32,000 bases of DNA from Nitrosopumilus maritimus SCM1 (GTDB lineage Archaea; Thermoproteota; Nitrososphaeria; Nitrososphaerales; Nitrosopumilaceae): positions 1,260,001 to 1,292,000 of the forward strand of contig NC_010085.1 in the NCBI RefSeq assembly GCF_000018465.1, written 5' to 3'. Shown here piece after piece: positions 1 to 7,662 of this stretch. Below the pieces are notes generated by a model, which was not told where the DNA came from, searched no databases, and saw nothing but the letters and a program-made list of their open reading frames with translations. Both the position numbers and the translations under genes were made by a program. Numbering within the stretch: the first letter of the stretch is position 1; every line of letters begins with the position of its first letter.

Positions 1-70
1 CCAGACATTCACATTCGTATTCGATTGGTTTCAAGGCACTTTGGCTCATGTAAGCAGTTGAAAAAAATCC

Positions 71-78
71 CTTATATT
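71..78 (+). promoter_or_regulatory. TATA-like box upstream of ORF 107
   Basis: cttatatt, preceded by an A-rich BRE-like tract, is centred about 32 nt upstream of the TTG at 107. Confidence 0.3.
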
Positions 79-106
79 CGACGAAGTATACATACACCTA
101 TACACA

Positions 107-1366
107 TTGACAGCGTCAAAGAAACAAGTCGTATTTGAAAAAATTAGCGAGGTACTATCAGAGTACGAGTTAACAGGAATTACAAAAAATGAGCTTGTTA
201 GGATACTTCAGCAGGAAGGAATTGCTTCCAGAATGACATTTTACGAGTATTTCAAGGAAATGGCAGATCCAAAGAAAGCAAACATCATTCAGATGAGGAT
301 CCCCAAAGGTAAAATCAACGCGGTTTGCTTCCCAACACCAGAAAATCAGGCAATAGTGAAACTCAAGAAGAAATTCAAATCAATTTGTAATTTACTTGGT
401 TTGATCAAAAAGTACCCAGAGTTAGGGGATTGTTTTATTCCACTTCCAAGACTAAAGGGAGTTTACAATAGCAAAAAAATCCCACCAGACACAGGATTTG
501 CATACAATACTTCGTTGTATTCAGAAATAATTCATTCAGAAAAGACATCATTTGGAGAATCTAGATCATATATCACATTAAGGTCTCATAGAGCTAGACA
601 TGACATTTTAAAAGAACTCTCGGTGTTTTTGACTCACTATCTAAATTCTCCAAAAAGAAAGTACTCAAAACAGATTAAAGAAGAGTGTGTTAAAATTTTA
701 ACACCAACTTTTTTACAAGCATTAAAAATTCTAAGTGATGATTATGTAGACACAGTTAACGTATCAAAAGATCTTAAAAAAACAATTCAATCAACAGCCC
801 CAAAAGATTCAGCAGTATTCATAGGGTTGGTGAGGGCACCAATAATGCCACAAGTTGAAGTTGAATTTTTGAAAATTCTTGGAAGATATTACTATACAAT
901 AAGCAAGCAGTTTTCAAAAAACATGAAGATGGATTCATGTAAGGAACAAAAAATAATTTCGCAAGTGTTAAGAGATTTTTATTGTGTAGAAGAAGACTCA
1001 AATGAAAAATTAGATTCACAAGACATTAAAAGAATATTTCAATTAAACAACAATCTAGTTACAAATAGGGGCAAAGAAACTGAAATTAAAAATGAATACG
1101 GTTTTGATGAAAATTCTCTAGCCATAAAACTTGTCAAAACATTTTCAAAAGACGAGGAAGATACGGATGATTCATTACACATCAAAATTTACTATACAAA
1201 ATTATTTTTGTCATTAGGCATATTCACTAAGAAAGAACAGCAAATCATCGAATATGATTTGAAACATGATGAGAAAGTTTTCAAATCAAAAGAGTGGGAT
1301 GACCCAAAAGAAGGAAGAGAAGTGTTAGAGGCGTTGTTTCCAAGCGAAGTATCCAAATATGAATAG
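107..1366 (+). CDS. hypothetical protein (ORFan with N-terminal winged-helix-like segment); possible mobile-element cargo
   Basis: 419-codon ORF from the track. TTG at 107 is the longest-ORF start; the next in-frame ATG is at codon 42. A TATA-like cttatatt lies at 71-78. The N-terminus (EKISEVLSEYELTGITKNELVRILQQEGI) looks HTH-like, and I recognise no motif in the rest. It ends 5 nt from the convergent integrase gene. Confidence 0.55.
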   Translation: MTASKKQVVFEKISEVLSEYELTGITKNELVRILQQEGIASRMTFYEYFKEMADPKKANIIQMRIPKGKINAVCFPTPENQAIVKLKKKFKSICNLLGLIKKYPELGDCFIPLPRLKGVYNSKKIPPDTGFAYNTSLYSEIIHSEKTSFGESRSYITLRSHRARHDILKELSVFLTHYLNSPKRKYSKQIKEECVKILTPTFLQALKILSDDYVDTVNVSKDLKKTIQSTAPKDSAVFIGLVRAPIMPQVEVEFLKILGRYYYTISKQFSKNMKMDSCKEQKIISQVLRDFYCVEEDSNEKLDSQDIKRIFQLNNNLVTNRGKETEIKNEYGFDENSLAIKLVKTFSKDEEDTDDSLHIKIYYTKLFLSLGIFTKKEQQIIEYDLKHDEKVFKSKEWDDPKEGREVLEALFPSEVSKYE

Positions 1367-1371
1367 AAGTG

Positions 1372-2889
1372 TTATTTTTTACGTCTGAGTTTACTGGTTC
1401 TAGAGATTTTCTTGTCCATTTTCTGCATTTTTAACCTCATTTCCTCAATTTTTGCCTCCAAATCTTCATTTGAACTAGCACCCTTGGAAATTTCCTTAAA
1501 CTTTGAAAAGATATTCAATCTTCCAGAGGCTTTGATGTACTCTTTTCGCAATGTAGCAGTAAACAGATGTGCTTGTTTTTCATACGAGTCTTTTGTCTTG
1601 TGTCCAATGAACTCTTCAGCCAAATCATATCGTACATCAGAGTCTATCAGTACAGATTTCAAAAGATCACGTGTTTCATGAGGAGTTATTCGGTATTTCT
1701 TTCTTGACCCATTTCCTACTGATTTTGAGTTTAAAATTTCATCTAACCCTGAATTTTTTCGCATTCTCTCAAAACTTTTGGTTATCCAAGTTTCTTTGAT
1801 AGGTTTTTGGAAATTATTTAAGAAAAGTGCACTCTTGTTACTCATTTCTTGCCCTGTGATTTTTTTTCTGTAAGGAAGATAATCAATTATTGCAGAAACT
1901 GCGTCTCTATCTAAGAAACCAAAATGAGATACATTAGTCTTTACTCTAGTTAGTTCTATTAGAATTGGGCATTTCTTCAAATCCCATTTTTTATAATCTT
2001 CTGTTCCAAATGATTCAACCAGTTTTGACCAAACCTCAAAATTAAAGCGGTCAACCAGAGTAGAGGAATCAAGACCCCTTTGGAATTTACACAGGAATAC
2101 AGCTCGTTCAGTTAAACTTGGCTTTCCTATTGTTAGAATAGTTAGAAATTCATCTAATGTCATTATTTGTTCAGAATCATTATCATCATGTTGGATTCCT
2201 GCATTAGGATCAAAGCTTAACCCTATAGGCTCATCATTCTTTTTGAAATACTCATTTATTGCAAAAAAGGAGTTGTTTCTCATAGATTTGCTTTTTAATT
2301 TAACATCAGATTCCAAAAAGTATCTTTTTATCAATTTTACAAATGGTTTTTTATCAAAATGACTTTCAGAAAAGATTTTTAGAAAAGGTTCAACTCCCTT
2401 TAGAGTTACTTTCTTTGTTACTTTCTTGTAACTGTCTTTACTAGTTTGAACTTCTGCTGTATACTCTAGAGTTTTTCCAAAGATCCAATTATTGAAATAA
2501 TGTAGATGTCTTGTGTAGGTATCTTTTGTTCCATCTGTAACAGATTTGATATTTTTACGATTACTACCCCTCAGTTGACTTCTAAAATAAGATACAGTTT
2601 CTAATTTGCAAAAATCATCATACAGTATTGGAACAGAGTCATTTGGAATTTCTTTTAGAACACCAATCTTCTTGCCAATCGAAATTGCTTTGTAAACAAC
2701 TGCTAAAGTTGCCTCCACAGTATTTCTTCTTTGAGTAAATTCGTTTTTGTGTTCTTTAGCAAATGCTTTAGAATCAATCCTCTCGCCCTTTTTCATTACT
2801 GCTAAACATCTAGCATATTGTGGACGAATATCAAACCCATAATCTTTCTTTGAATCAAATTTCTTTAGAACTTGGTAAACCTTCAACAT
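1372..2889 (-). CDS. tyrosine recombinase / phage-type integrase (intact, 505 aa)
   Basis: The C-terminal domain carries the tyrosine-recombinase residues in canonical order: R (FQRGLDSS), K (TRVKTN), HxxR (PHETRDLL), H (IGHKTKD), Y (DSYEKQ). It has a long N-terminal core-binding-type region and a basic C-terminal tail. It lies about 250 nt from the 3' side of a co-oriented tRNA-Ser gene. Confidence 0.8.
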   Translation of the reverse strand: MLKVYQVLKKFDSKKDYGFDIRPQYARCLAVMKKGERIDSKAFAKEHKNEFTQRRNTVEATLAVVYKAISIGKKIGVLKEIPNDSVPILYDDFCKLETVSYFRSQLRGSNRKNIKSVTDGTKDTYTRHLHYFNNWIFGKTLEYTAEVQTSKDSYKKVTKKVTLKGVEPFLKIFSESHFDKKPFVKLIKRYFLESDVKLKSKSMRNNSFFAINEYFKKNDEPIGLSFDPNAGIQHDDNDSEQIMTLDEFLTILTIGKPSLTERAVFLCKFQRGLDSSTLVDRFNFEVWSKLVESFGTEDYKKWDLKKCPILIELTRVKTNVSHFGFLDRDAVSAIIDYLPYRKKITGQEMSNKSALFLNNFQKPIKETWITKSFERMRKNSGLDEILNSKSVGNGSRKKYRITPHETRDLLKSVLIDSDVRYDLAEEFIGHKTKDSYEKQAHLFTATLRKEYIKASGRLNIFSKFKEISKGASSNEDLEAKIEEMRLKMQKMDKKISRTSKLRRKK

Positions 2890-2938
2890 TAGAAATAGTC
2901 AGAAAATTAAAGATAATAGGTGTATTTGACAGCTTTAA

Positions 2939-3100
2939 CTATAATTCAAACTCTTGACGGCATTTTTCGCACTTTGCACGTTCTTCACCAGGAGAGCCTA
3001 AGATGAAAATTTTTCCAATCGTTTTACAAACGGGACACATTCCAGTTGTTGCATTTTTAGGACCTGTGCGTATAATTTTTTGAGTTTTTCTTCGTCCCAT
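2939..3100 (-). CDS. small zinc-ribbon protein, Elf1/DUF701-like (53 aa), absent from the supplied ORF track
   Basis: Minus-strand ATG at 3098-3100 and TAG at 2939-2941. My translation is MGRRKTQKIIRTGPKNATTGMCPVCKTIGKIFILGSPGEERAKCEKCRQEFEL. A basic MGRRK N-terminus followed by CPxC...CxxC is the layout of Elf1 in eukaryotes and TACK archaea. An AT-rich TATA-like element (3121-3135) is centred about 28 nt upstream. It could instead be a mobile-element zinc-ribbon gene. Confidence 0.45.
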   Translation of the reverse strand: MGRRKTQKIIRTGPKNATTGMCPVCKTIGKIFILGSPGEERAKCEKCRQEFEL

Positions 3101-3135
3101 GAAAAAACTTCCCGAATCGGTCTATTAAGTTTTAA

Positions 3136-3222
3136 TGGCGCGGGGAGGGGGATTTGAACCCCCGTGTCCTTGCGGACATGGGATTAGCAATCCCACGCCC
3201 TACCAGGCTAGGCGATCCCCGC
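3136..3222 (-). tRNA. tRNA-Ser (anticodon GCU), type II with long variable arm, CCA encoded
   Basis: The reverse complement folds by hand as GCGGGGA TC GCCT AGCCTGGTA GGGC G TGGGA TTGCTAA TCCCA TGTCCGCAAGGACAC GGGGG TTCAAAT CCCCC TCCCCGC G CCA. This gives a 7-bp acceptor stem, 4-bp D stem, 5-bp anticodon stem, GCT anticodon, 15-nt variable arm and a GTTCAAATC T-loop. No intron is present. Confidence 0.9.
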
Positions 3223-3278
3223 ACAAAGATGGCTAGAATTAATCTGTAAATAAGTCAAACTTTGGAGAATATTTTCTT

Positions 3279-4037
3279 CTAAGCGTTGTCTAGTTCATCA
3301 TGAAATTGACTGTAATTTTTCACAATTTCATCAATTGGGACACGTTTTCCACCTACAATTTTCAGGTCAACATTGACCTGTTTGTCTTTAATTGTCAAAA
3401 TATTGTATGTATTTTCAAATAGTCCACGTACTCTTTCAGATGTTGCAGTACCTGCATTTACAACAGTCAAGGTTCCAAAATTCCAAGCCCAAGGTCTGTG
3501 TTTATGACCACATAAAACAACATCAACTTCTGAATCAAGTACAGTTCTCAAAACATCACCAGCATCAACTACAGTAAGTTGATCAGAGCCCGTATCAGGA
3601 ATTGCAATAAGATGATGATGCATTGCAACGATCTTTATCTTGTCTTTGTATTTTTTCATAGTTCTTTCAAGCCAAAGATTTTGTCTATAACCAACTTCAC
3701 CTTCATTTCTGTCAGGTCTCGCAGTACCAACAGTAACTAAAACAACATCATTATCCAATTCATTTACGGTTTGAAATGGAAAGAATTTTTTGAATAAAAG
3801 ATAACCAGTATTTCTGTAATCATGATTCCCACTAATTGCAATGATTTTTTTTGTGTTAAATTTTTCCAGTAAAGATTTGCATTTTTCATATTCTTTCATT
3901 AATCCTTCATTTGTCAAATCACCAGTAATTACAATTACATCAGGATTCAACTCATTGACTTCACTAACTAGTACATCAAATTTCTCTTCCAAAAATTGAG
4001 AGCCAATATGAAGATCAGATATTTGAACTATAATCAT
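3279..4037 (-). CDS. metallophosphoesterase (calcineurin-like phosphoesterase family)
   Basis: Motifs occur in canonical order: SDLHIG, GDLTNEG, GNHD, HHH, GHKH. Confidence 0.85.
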   Translation of the reverse strand: MIIVQISDLHIGSQFLEEKFDVLVSEVNELNPDVIVITGDLTNEGLMKEYEKCKSLLEKFNTKKIIAISGNHDYRNTGYLLFKKFFPFQTVNELDNDVVLVTVGTARPDRNEGEVGYRQNLWLERTMKKYKDKIKIVAMHHHLIAIPDTGSDQLTVVDAGDVLRTVLDSEVDVVLCGHKHRPWAWNFGTLTVVNAGTATSERVRGLFENTYNILTIKDKQVNVDLKIVGGKRVPIDEIVKNYSQFHDELDNA

Positions 4038-4060
4038 TAAAGAGTATTTTGAAAAATAGC

Positions 4061-4068
4061 TATTAAAT
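4061..4068 (-). promoter_or_regulatory. TATA-like box for the metallophosphoesterase gene
   Basis: The minus-strand sequence atttaata is centred about 27 nt upstream of the ATG at 4037. Confidence 0.35.
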
Positions 4069-4113
4069 CATCTCTATAGATAACATGTAAGAATCATTTC
4101 AAATCAAGGTAGA

Positions 4114-4125
4114 ATTAAATAATAA
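4114..4125 (+). promoter_or_regulatory. TATA-like box for the isocitrate/isopropylmalate dehydrogenase-family gene
   Basis: attaaataataa is centred about 27 nt upstream of the TTG at 4147. Confidence 0.35.
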
Positions 4126-4146
4126 ACTCCTCAAAAACTTGCAGTT

Positions 4147-5178
4147 TTGAGTAAAAAAGCTGCAGTAATGAAAGGAGACGGTATTGGACCTGAAGTCGTA
4201 GATTCAATGCTTAGAGTTCTCAAAGAATGTAATTTTCAGTCAGAATTGATTCTGTGTGAGGCTGGCTCTGAGCAATGGGACAAAAATGGTAGAAAAGATG
4301 CATCATACATCCCAGATGTAACCATGAAGATTCTAGAAGAAACTGACTGTTGTTTCAAGGGGCCAACTACCACGATTCCAGTTCCAGGAGCTCCTAGAAG
4401 TGTTGCAGTAACATTAAGACAAAAATTTGATCTTTATGCAAATATCAGACCAACTAAAACATATGATAGACTAACGCCAGATAGAAAGCTTGATTGTGTT
4501 TGTTTTAGAGAGGCAACTGAAGGACTATACACTGGTGTAGAGGCAAAAATTACAGATGATGCAGCAATTGCAATCAGAAAAATTACAAGGCAAGGCAGCA
4601 GACGATTAATTGACTCAGCAGTAGATTGGGCAAATAAATTCAATATGAAAAAAATGGTTGCAGTAACAAAAAGAAATATTCTAAAACAAACTGACGGAAT
4701 TTTCTGGGACGAGACTCAAAAAGCAGTTGAAGGAACAGATATCGAGTTATCTGAAATCTACATTGACAACATGGCACAACAAATGGTGATTGCAACTGAA
4801 CAGTTCAATGGTGCAGTGTTGGTTAGCACCAATTTATTTATGGATATTATTTCTGAACTTGCATCAGCACTAGTAGGTTCAATTGGATTGATTTATTCTG
4901 CAAATATTGGAGACAATTATGCAATGTTTGAGGCAGCACATGGTAGTGCACCACAATTTGCAGGACAAAATAAAGTAAACCCAACTGCAACAGTGTTATC
5001 AGGAGCTTGGATGGCAGATTATCTTGGTGAAAGAGATGTCAGAGATGCAATTTTTGCGGCAACAGAACAAGTAATCAATGAAGGTAAAGCAGTAACATGG
5101 GATATTGGTGGTGATGCATCAACAACACAGATGACCGATGCAATAATCACATATGCAAAAGAAAAGTTAAGAAAATAA
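4147..5178 (+). CDS. isocitrate/isopropylmalate dehydrogenase family protein (beta-decarboxylating dehydrogenase)
   Basis: Family motifs present: GDGIGPEV near the N-terminus, LRQKFDLYANIRP, FREATEGLY, NLFMDIISELASALVGSIGL and AHGSAP. The active-site loop reads MDIISE where GDILSD is usual. The start is TTG; the in-frame ATG at 4168 would remove the first beta-strand. I cannot decide the substrate (isocitrate, 3-isopropylmalate or homoisocitrate) by eye. Confidence 0.85.
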   Translation: MSKKAAVMKGDGIGPEVVDSMLRVLKECNFQSELILCEAGSEQWDKNGRKDASYIPDVTMKILEETDCCFKGPTTTIPVPGAPRSVAVTLRQKFDLYANIRPTKTYDRLTPDRKLDCVCFREATEGLYTGVEAKITDDAAIAIRKITRQGSRRLIDSAVDWANKFNMKKMVAVTKRNILKQTDGIFWDETQKAVEGTDIELSEIYIDNMAQQMVIATEQFNGAVLVSTNLFMDIISELASALVGSIGLIYSANIGDNYAMFEAAHGSAPQFAGQNKVNPTATVLSGAWMADYLGERDVRDAIFAATEQVINEGKAVTWDIGGDASTTQMTDAIITYAKEKLRK

Positions 5179-5715
5179 TCAGTTTATTGCTTCTACAAGA
5201 ATTAATTCTTCAAAGAAAAGTTTCTTTTTTGCCATAATTCGTGTTTTCAAGCCTAGTTTTTGTGCGTAATCTATGAGTTTTTCATAGTTTGAAAGAGAAG
5301 AGGTTACAAAAACAAACTTGCCATTTTTCTTTAGATTATTTTTTGCCGAATCAAATATTTTTTTTGGAATTTCAAATCCTTCTGCACCTCCATCTGTAGC
5401 AATATCCAAGATTTCATCAGTAGCCAAATAAGGTAAATTACATACAATGAAATCAAATTTTACCTTTAATGCATCTGAACCGTTACAACAAATCAAATTC
5501 TGAGTTTTGTAAGAACTTTGATGTTGCAACACATCACAATTAATATCAGTTCCAACAACTAGAGAGAAATTTTCAGAGAGTAATTTTGTGAGATATCCAG
5601 AACCACTTCCAATATCTAGTGCATACTCTCCATTTTCATTTTCAATGTTTTCTGCAATGAAAAAAGTATCCTCAGATGGAGGATATTCATCATTTTTTGA
5701 GAATTTGTTTTGCAA
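5179..5715 (-). CDS. SAM-dependent methyltransferase, HemK/Mtq2-like (putative release-factor glutamine N5-methyltransferase)
   Basis: Contains YPPSEDTFF, the SAM motif LDIGSGSGYLT and an NPPY-type motif (CNLPY). It is the last gene of the conserved eL21-RpoF-DUF655-KsgA-HemK archaeal cluster and overlaps the ksgA 3' end by 26 nt. Confidence 0.65.
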   Translation of the reverse strand: MQNKFSKNDEYPPSEDTFFIAENIENENGEYALDIGSGSGYLTKLLSENFSLVVGTDINCDVLQHQSSYKTQNLICCNGSDALKVKFDFIVCNLPYLATDEILDIATDGGAEGFEIPKKIFDSAKNNLKKNGKFVFVTSSLSNYEKLIDYAQKLGLKTRIMAKKKLFFEELILVEAIN

Positions 5716-6394
5716 GATTTACTATTTCATCTCCGGTCAAGGTATCAACTCGTTTCTCCAAATCAGATTCTTTATGGAATTGTTTTAGAATGTTCTTTAC
5801 AGTTTTGCGCCTGTACGAAAAGATCTCATTGATTGTAGAAATTAGTGTTTTATCCATATCAGTTTTCTTTGTTATTTTTAGAACTACAGAATCAACTTTT
5901 GGTGGAGGAGAAAAATTATTTTTATTAACATTGGAGATTTTTTCAATATCAAATGCATGTGTGGCAATAATGCTGATTGCTTTTCGATCTTTTGATTTTG
6001 CAACAAGTTTTTGTGCAAATTCTTTTTGCACCATGATTACTCCATGGGAGAATGTGCGCTGAGCTAGCCATTCAATAGCGTCTTTACTTTTAGAATAGGG
6101 CAAATTAGATACAAACACAGAAAACGTGTCTTTTTTCTTAAACCCGTCACCTGATTTTAACACAAGATTGTCAATATCAGAGAATGTGTTTTTTGCCTTT
6201 TTGATTAGATTCTCATCTGCATCAACTGAGATTACCTTTTTTGCCTTTTTACACAATAGGGGAGTTAACACGCCTAATCCAGTTCCAATCTCATAAACAA
6301 TGTCATTTTTTGTAATTTTAGCCTCAGATACAATAGATTCTGCAATTAATTGTGAGTTGAGAAAGTGTTGTCCTAGCAGTTTTCGCTTTATCAT
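5690..6394 (-). CDS. rsmA: 16S rRNA (adenine1518/1519-N6)-dimethyltransferase KsgA/Dim1
   Basis: Contains LGQHFL, EIGTGLGVLT and SNLPY. Its position after DUF655 is typical for archaea. Confidence 0.9.
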   Translation of the reverse strand: MIKRKLLGQHFLNSQLIAESIVSEAKITKNDIVYEIGTGLGVLTPLLCKKAKKVISVDADENLIKKAKNTFSDIDNLVLKSGDGFKKKDTFSVFVSNLPYSKSKDAIEWLAQRTFSHGVIMVQKEFAQKLVAKSKDRKAISIIATHAFDIEKISNVNKNNFSPPPKVDSVVLKITKKTDMDKTLISTINEIFSYRRKTVKNILKQFHKESDLEKRVDTLTGDEIVNLAKQILKK

Positions 6395-6957
6395 CTCTTT
6401 ACAAAGAGATTCATTCTACTTTCGCCAGTAATTTCATCCATGATTCGTTCTGTGATGTGTTTAATTGGTTCTTTGAATCCAACTCTTTCTTGCAAGTCTT
6501 CATAGCTCTCAAATAGTTTCTTTTCTCGTTCTTCAAGCATCGTCTTCATGTAGGTTTTACCAATTCCTGGAATCAATTCCAATGCATGTATTCTAGGAGT
6601 TAGTGGTTGTGCTTTGTTTAGATATTCTACAAACTTTGATTCATTTTCAGTTACAATAGTTTCAACTACATTTTGTAATTCAGTTTGAGCAGATGAAGAA
6701 ATTTTCTCATACTCCATCTTGCCCAATACAGATTCAACTTTAGTTCTACCTTCCTTTCCGATGTAAATTTTCTCACCAACTTCAAATGTAGAATTTGCTA
6801 TTCCAAGAATCTCCAATAATGTTAATCTGTTTTCACCAATTGCAGTGATGATTATTCCTTCTCTTCCTCTTACAGTTGACGATTTTCCTCTAGGATTAAA
6901 ATCTAGAACATATGCATATTCCTCATATTTTCTAGGTGGGGATTGGGCCCTATACAA
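6391..6957 (-). CDS. DUF655-family nucleic-acid-binding protein (OB-like N-terminus, helix-hairpin-helix C-terminus)
   Basis: Contains EEYAYVLDF...RGREGIIITAIGE and the HhH-like segment LELIPGIGKTYMKTM. It sits in the conserved position between rpoF and ksgA. TTG start, with no nearby in-frame ATG. Confidence 0.7.
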   Translation of the reverse strand: MYRAQSPPRKYEEYAYVLDFNPRGKSSTVRGREGIIITAIGENRLTLLEILGIANSTFEVGEKIYIGKEGRTKVESVLGKMEYEKISSSAQTELQNVVETIVTENESKFVEYLNKAQPLTPRIHALELIPGIGKTYMKTMLEEREKKLFESYEDLQERVGFKEPIKHITERIMDEITGESRMNLFVKR

Positions 6958-6977
6958 AATAAAATACTCCTGAGAAA

Positions 6978-7304
6978 TTAAGAATGCTCCTTGATTATTT
7001 TGAGCATTTTTTCTAGAGTTTCAGCAAGAATTAATTTTTTCCAACCAAAGGTGAAAGAACGTAATTCTGCCATACTTGTTGGTCTAATGTTAACAATTTC
7101 AACAGCTTCGTCTTCTGTCAATTCACATTCCTTGATGAGTTTTTTCTTCATCTCTTTAGCATCTTTAGGATCAAGTGATACAAATTTTGAAACATAATCA
7201 TAGGTCCAACGTTGAATTTGGTCCATTTCTTCAGGATCAACTTTGCCTAAGATTTCTTTAACTTCTGAAAGAGAAATAGCTTGTTTCTTTTGTACTTCTT
7301 CCAT
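6978..7304 (-). CDS. rpoF: DNA-directed RNA polymerase subunit F (Rpo4/Rpb4 homologue)
   Basis: 108 aa and helical, with the pattern LSEVKEIL...YVSKF...LTEDEAVEIVNIRP...ELR. It lies immediately downstream of eL21, which is the conserved archaeal arrangement. Confidence 0.65.
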   Translation of the reverse strand: MEEVQKKQAISLSEVKEILGKVDPEEMDQIQRWTYDYVSKFVSLDPKDAKEMKKKLIKECELTEDEAVEIVNIRPTSMAELRSFTFGWKKLILAETLEKMLKIIKEHS

Positions 7305-7306
7305 AA

Positions 7307-7606
7307 TTATACACCGAATGGTTTTATGTGGTCCAATCTAGTGATTAAGGTTTTCGATTTGTTTCCTAATTTTACATCTAGAGTGACTGCACGTCTTCCC
7401 ACATTTGTGATCATACCGACTTTGCCGTGGTATCTTCTGTGAGGTAATCCTTTGTGCTGTCTAGGATCTATAATGACAAGTGCTTGTTGACCTTCTTTGT
7501 ATTCACGTAACAGGAATGAGACTCCTCTAGGAGCATCTTTTTTCATAACTGATCTGGATTTGTGTTTGAATCCATGTGAACGACCAGAAGATTTCTTAGT
7601 TGCCAT
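7307..7606 (-). CDS. rpl21e: 50S ribosomal protein eL21
   Basis: MATKKSSGRSHGFKHKSR...HRRYHGKVG. The track ORF (to 7738) is over-extended into rlmN, so I trimmed it to the ATG at 7606. A TATA-like box lies about 28 nt upstream of that ATG. Confidence 0.9.
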   Translation of the reverse strand: MATKKSSGRSHGFKHKSRSVMKKDAPRGVSFLLREYKEGQQALVIIDPRQHKGLPHRRYHGKVGMITNVGRRAVTLDVKLGNKSKTLITRLDHIKPFGV

Positions 7607-7629
7607 GTAGTGTGAAACCTTCCAAAGCC

Positions 7630-7639
7630 CTATTTTAAG
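7630..7639 (-). promoter_or_regulatory. TATA-like box for the eL21-rpoF-DUF655-ksgA-hemK operon
   Basis: The minus-strand sequence cttaaaatag is centred about 28 nt upstream of the eL21 ATG at 7606. Confidence 0.35.
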
Positions 7640-7662
7640 ACTTAGAACACAGTCTACTGGAA

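Noticed and set aside
1-49. Possible minus-strand gene start (ATG at 47-49: MSQSALKPIEYECECL...) running off the left edge.
   Set aside because: Only 16 codons are visible, which is too little to support a CDS call. It is mentioned only as context for the putative mobile element.
107-2889. Calling the left-edge element a provirus.
   Set aside because: No capsid, terminase, portal or replication genes are visible in the window. Only an integrase and an ORFan are present, so the element type is left open.
5179-7606. Overlapping and tightly packed eL21-rpoF-DUF655-ksgA-hemK genes, considered as something unusual.
   Set aside because: This is a well-known conserved archaeal gene cluster, and the 4-nt and 26-nt overlaps are normal operon compaction.
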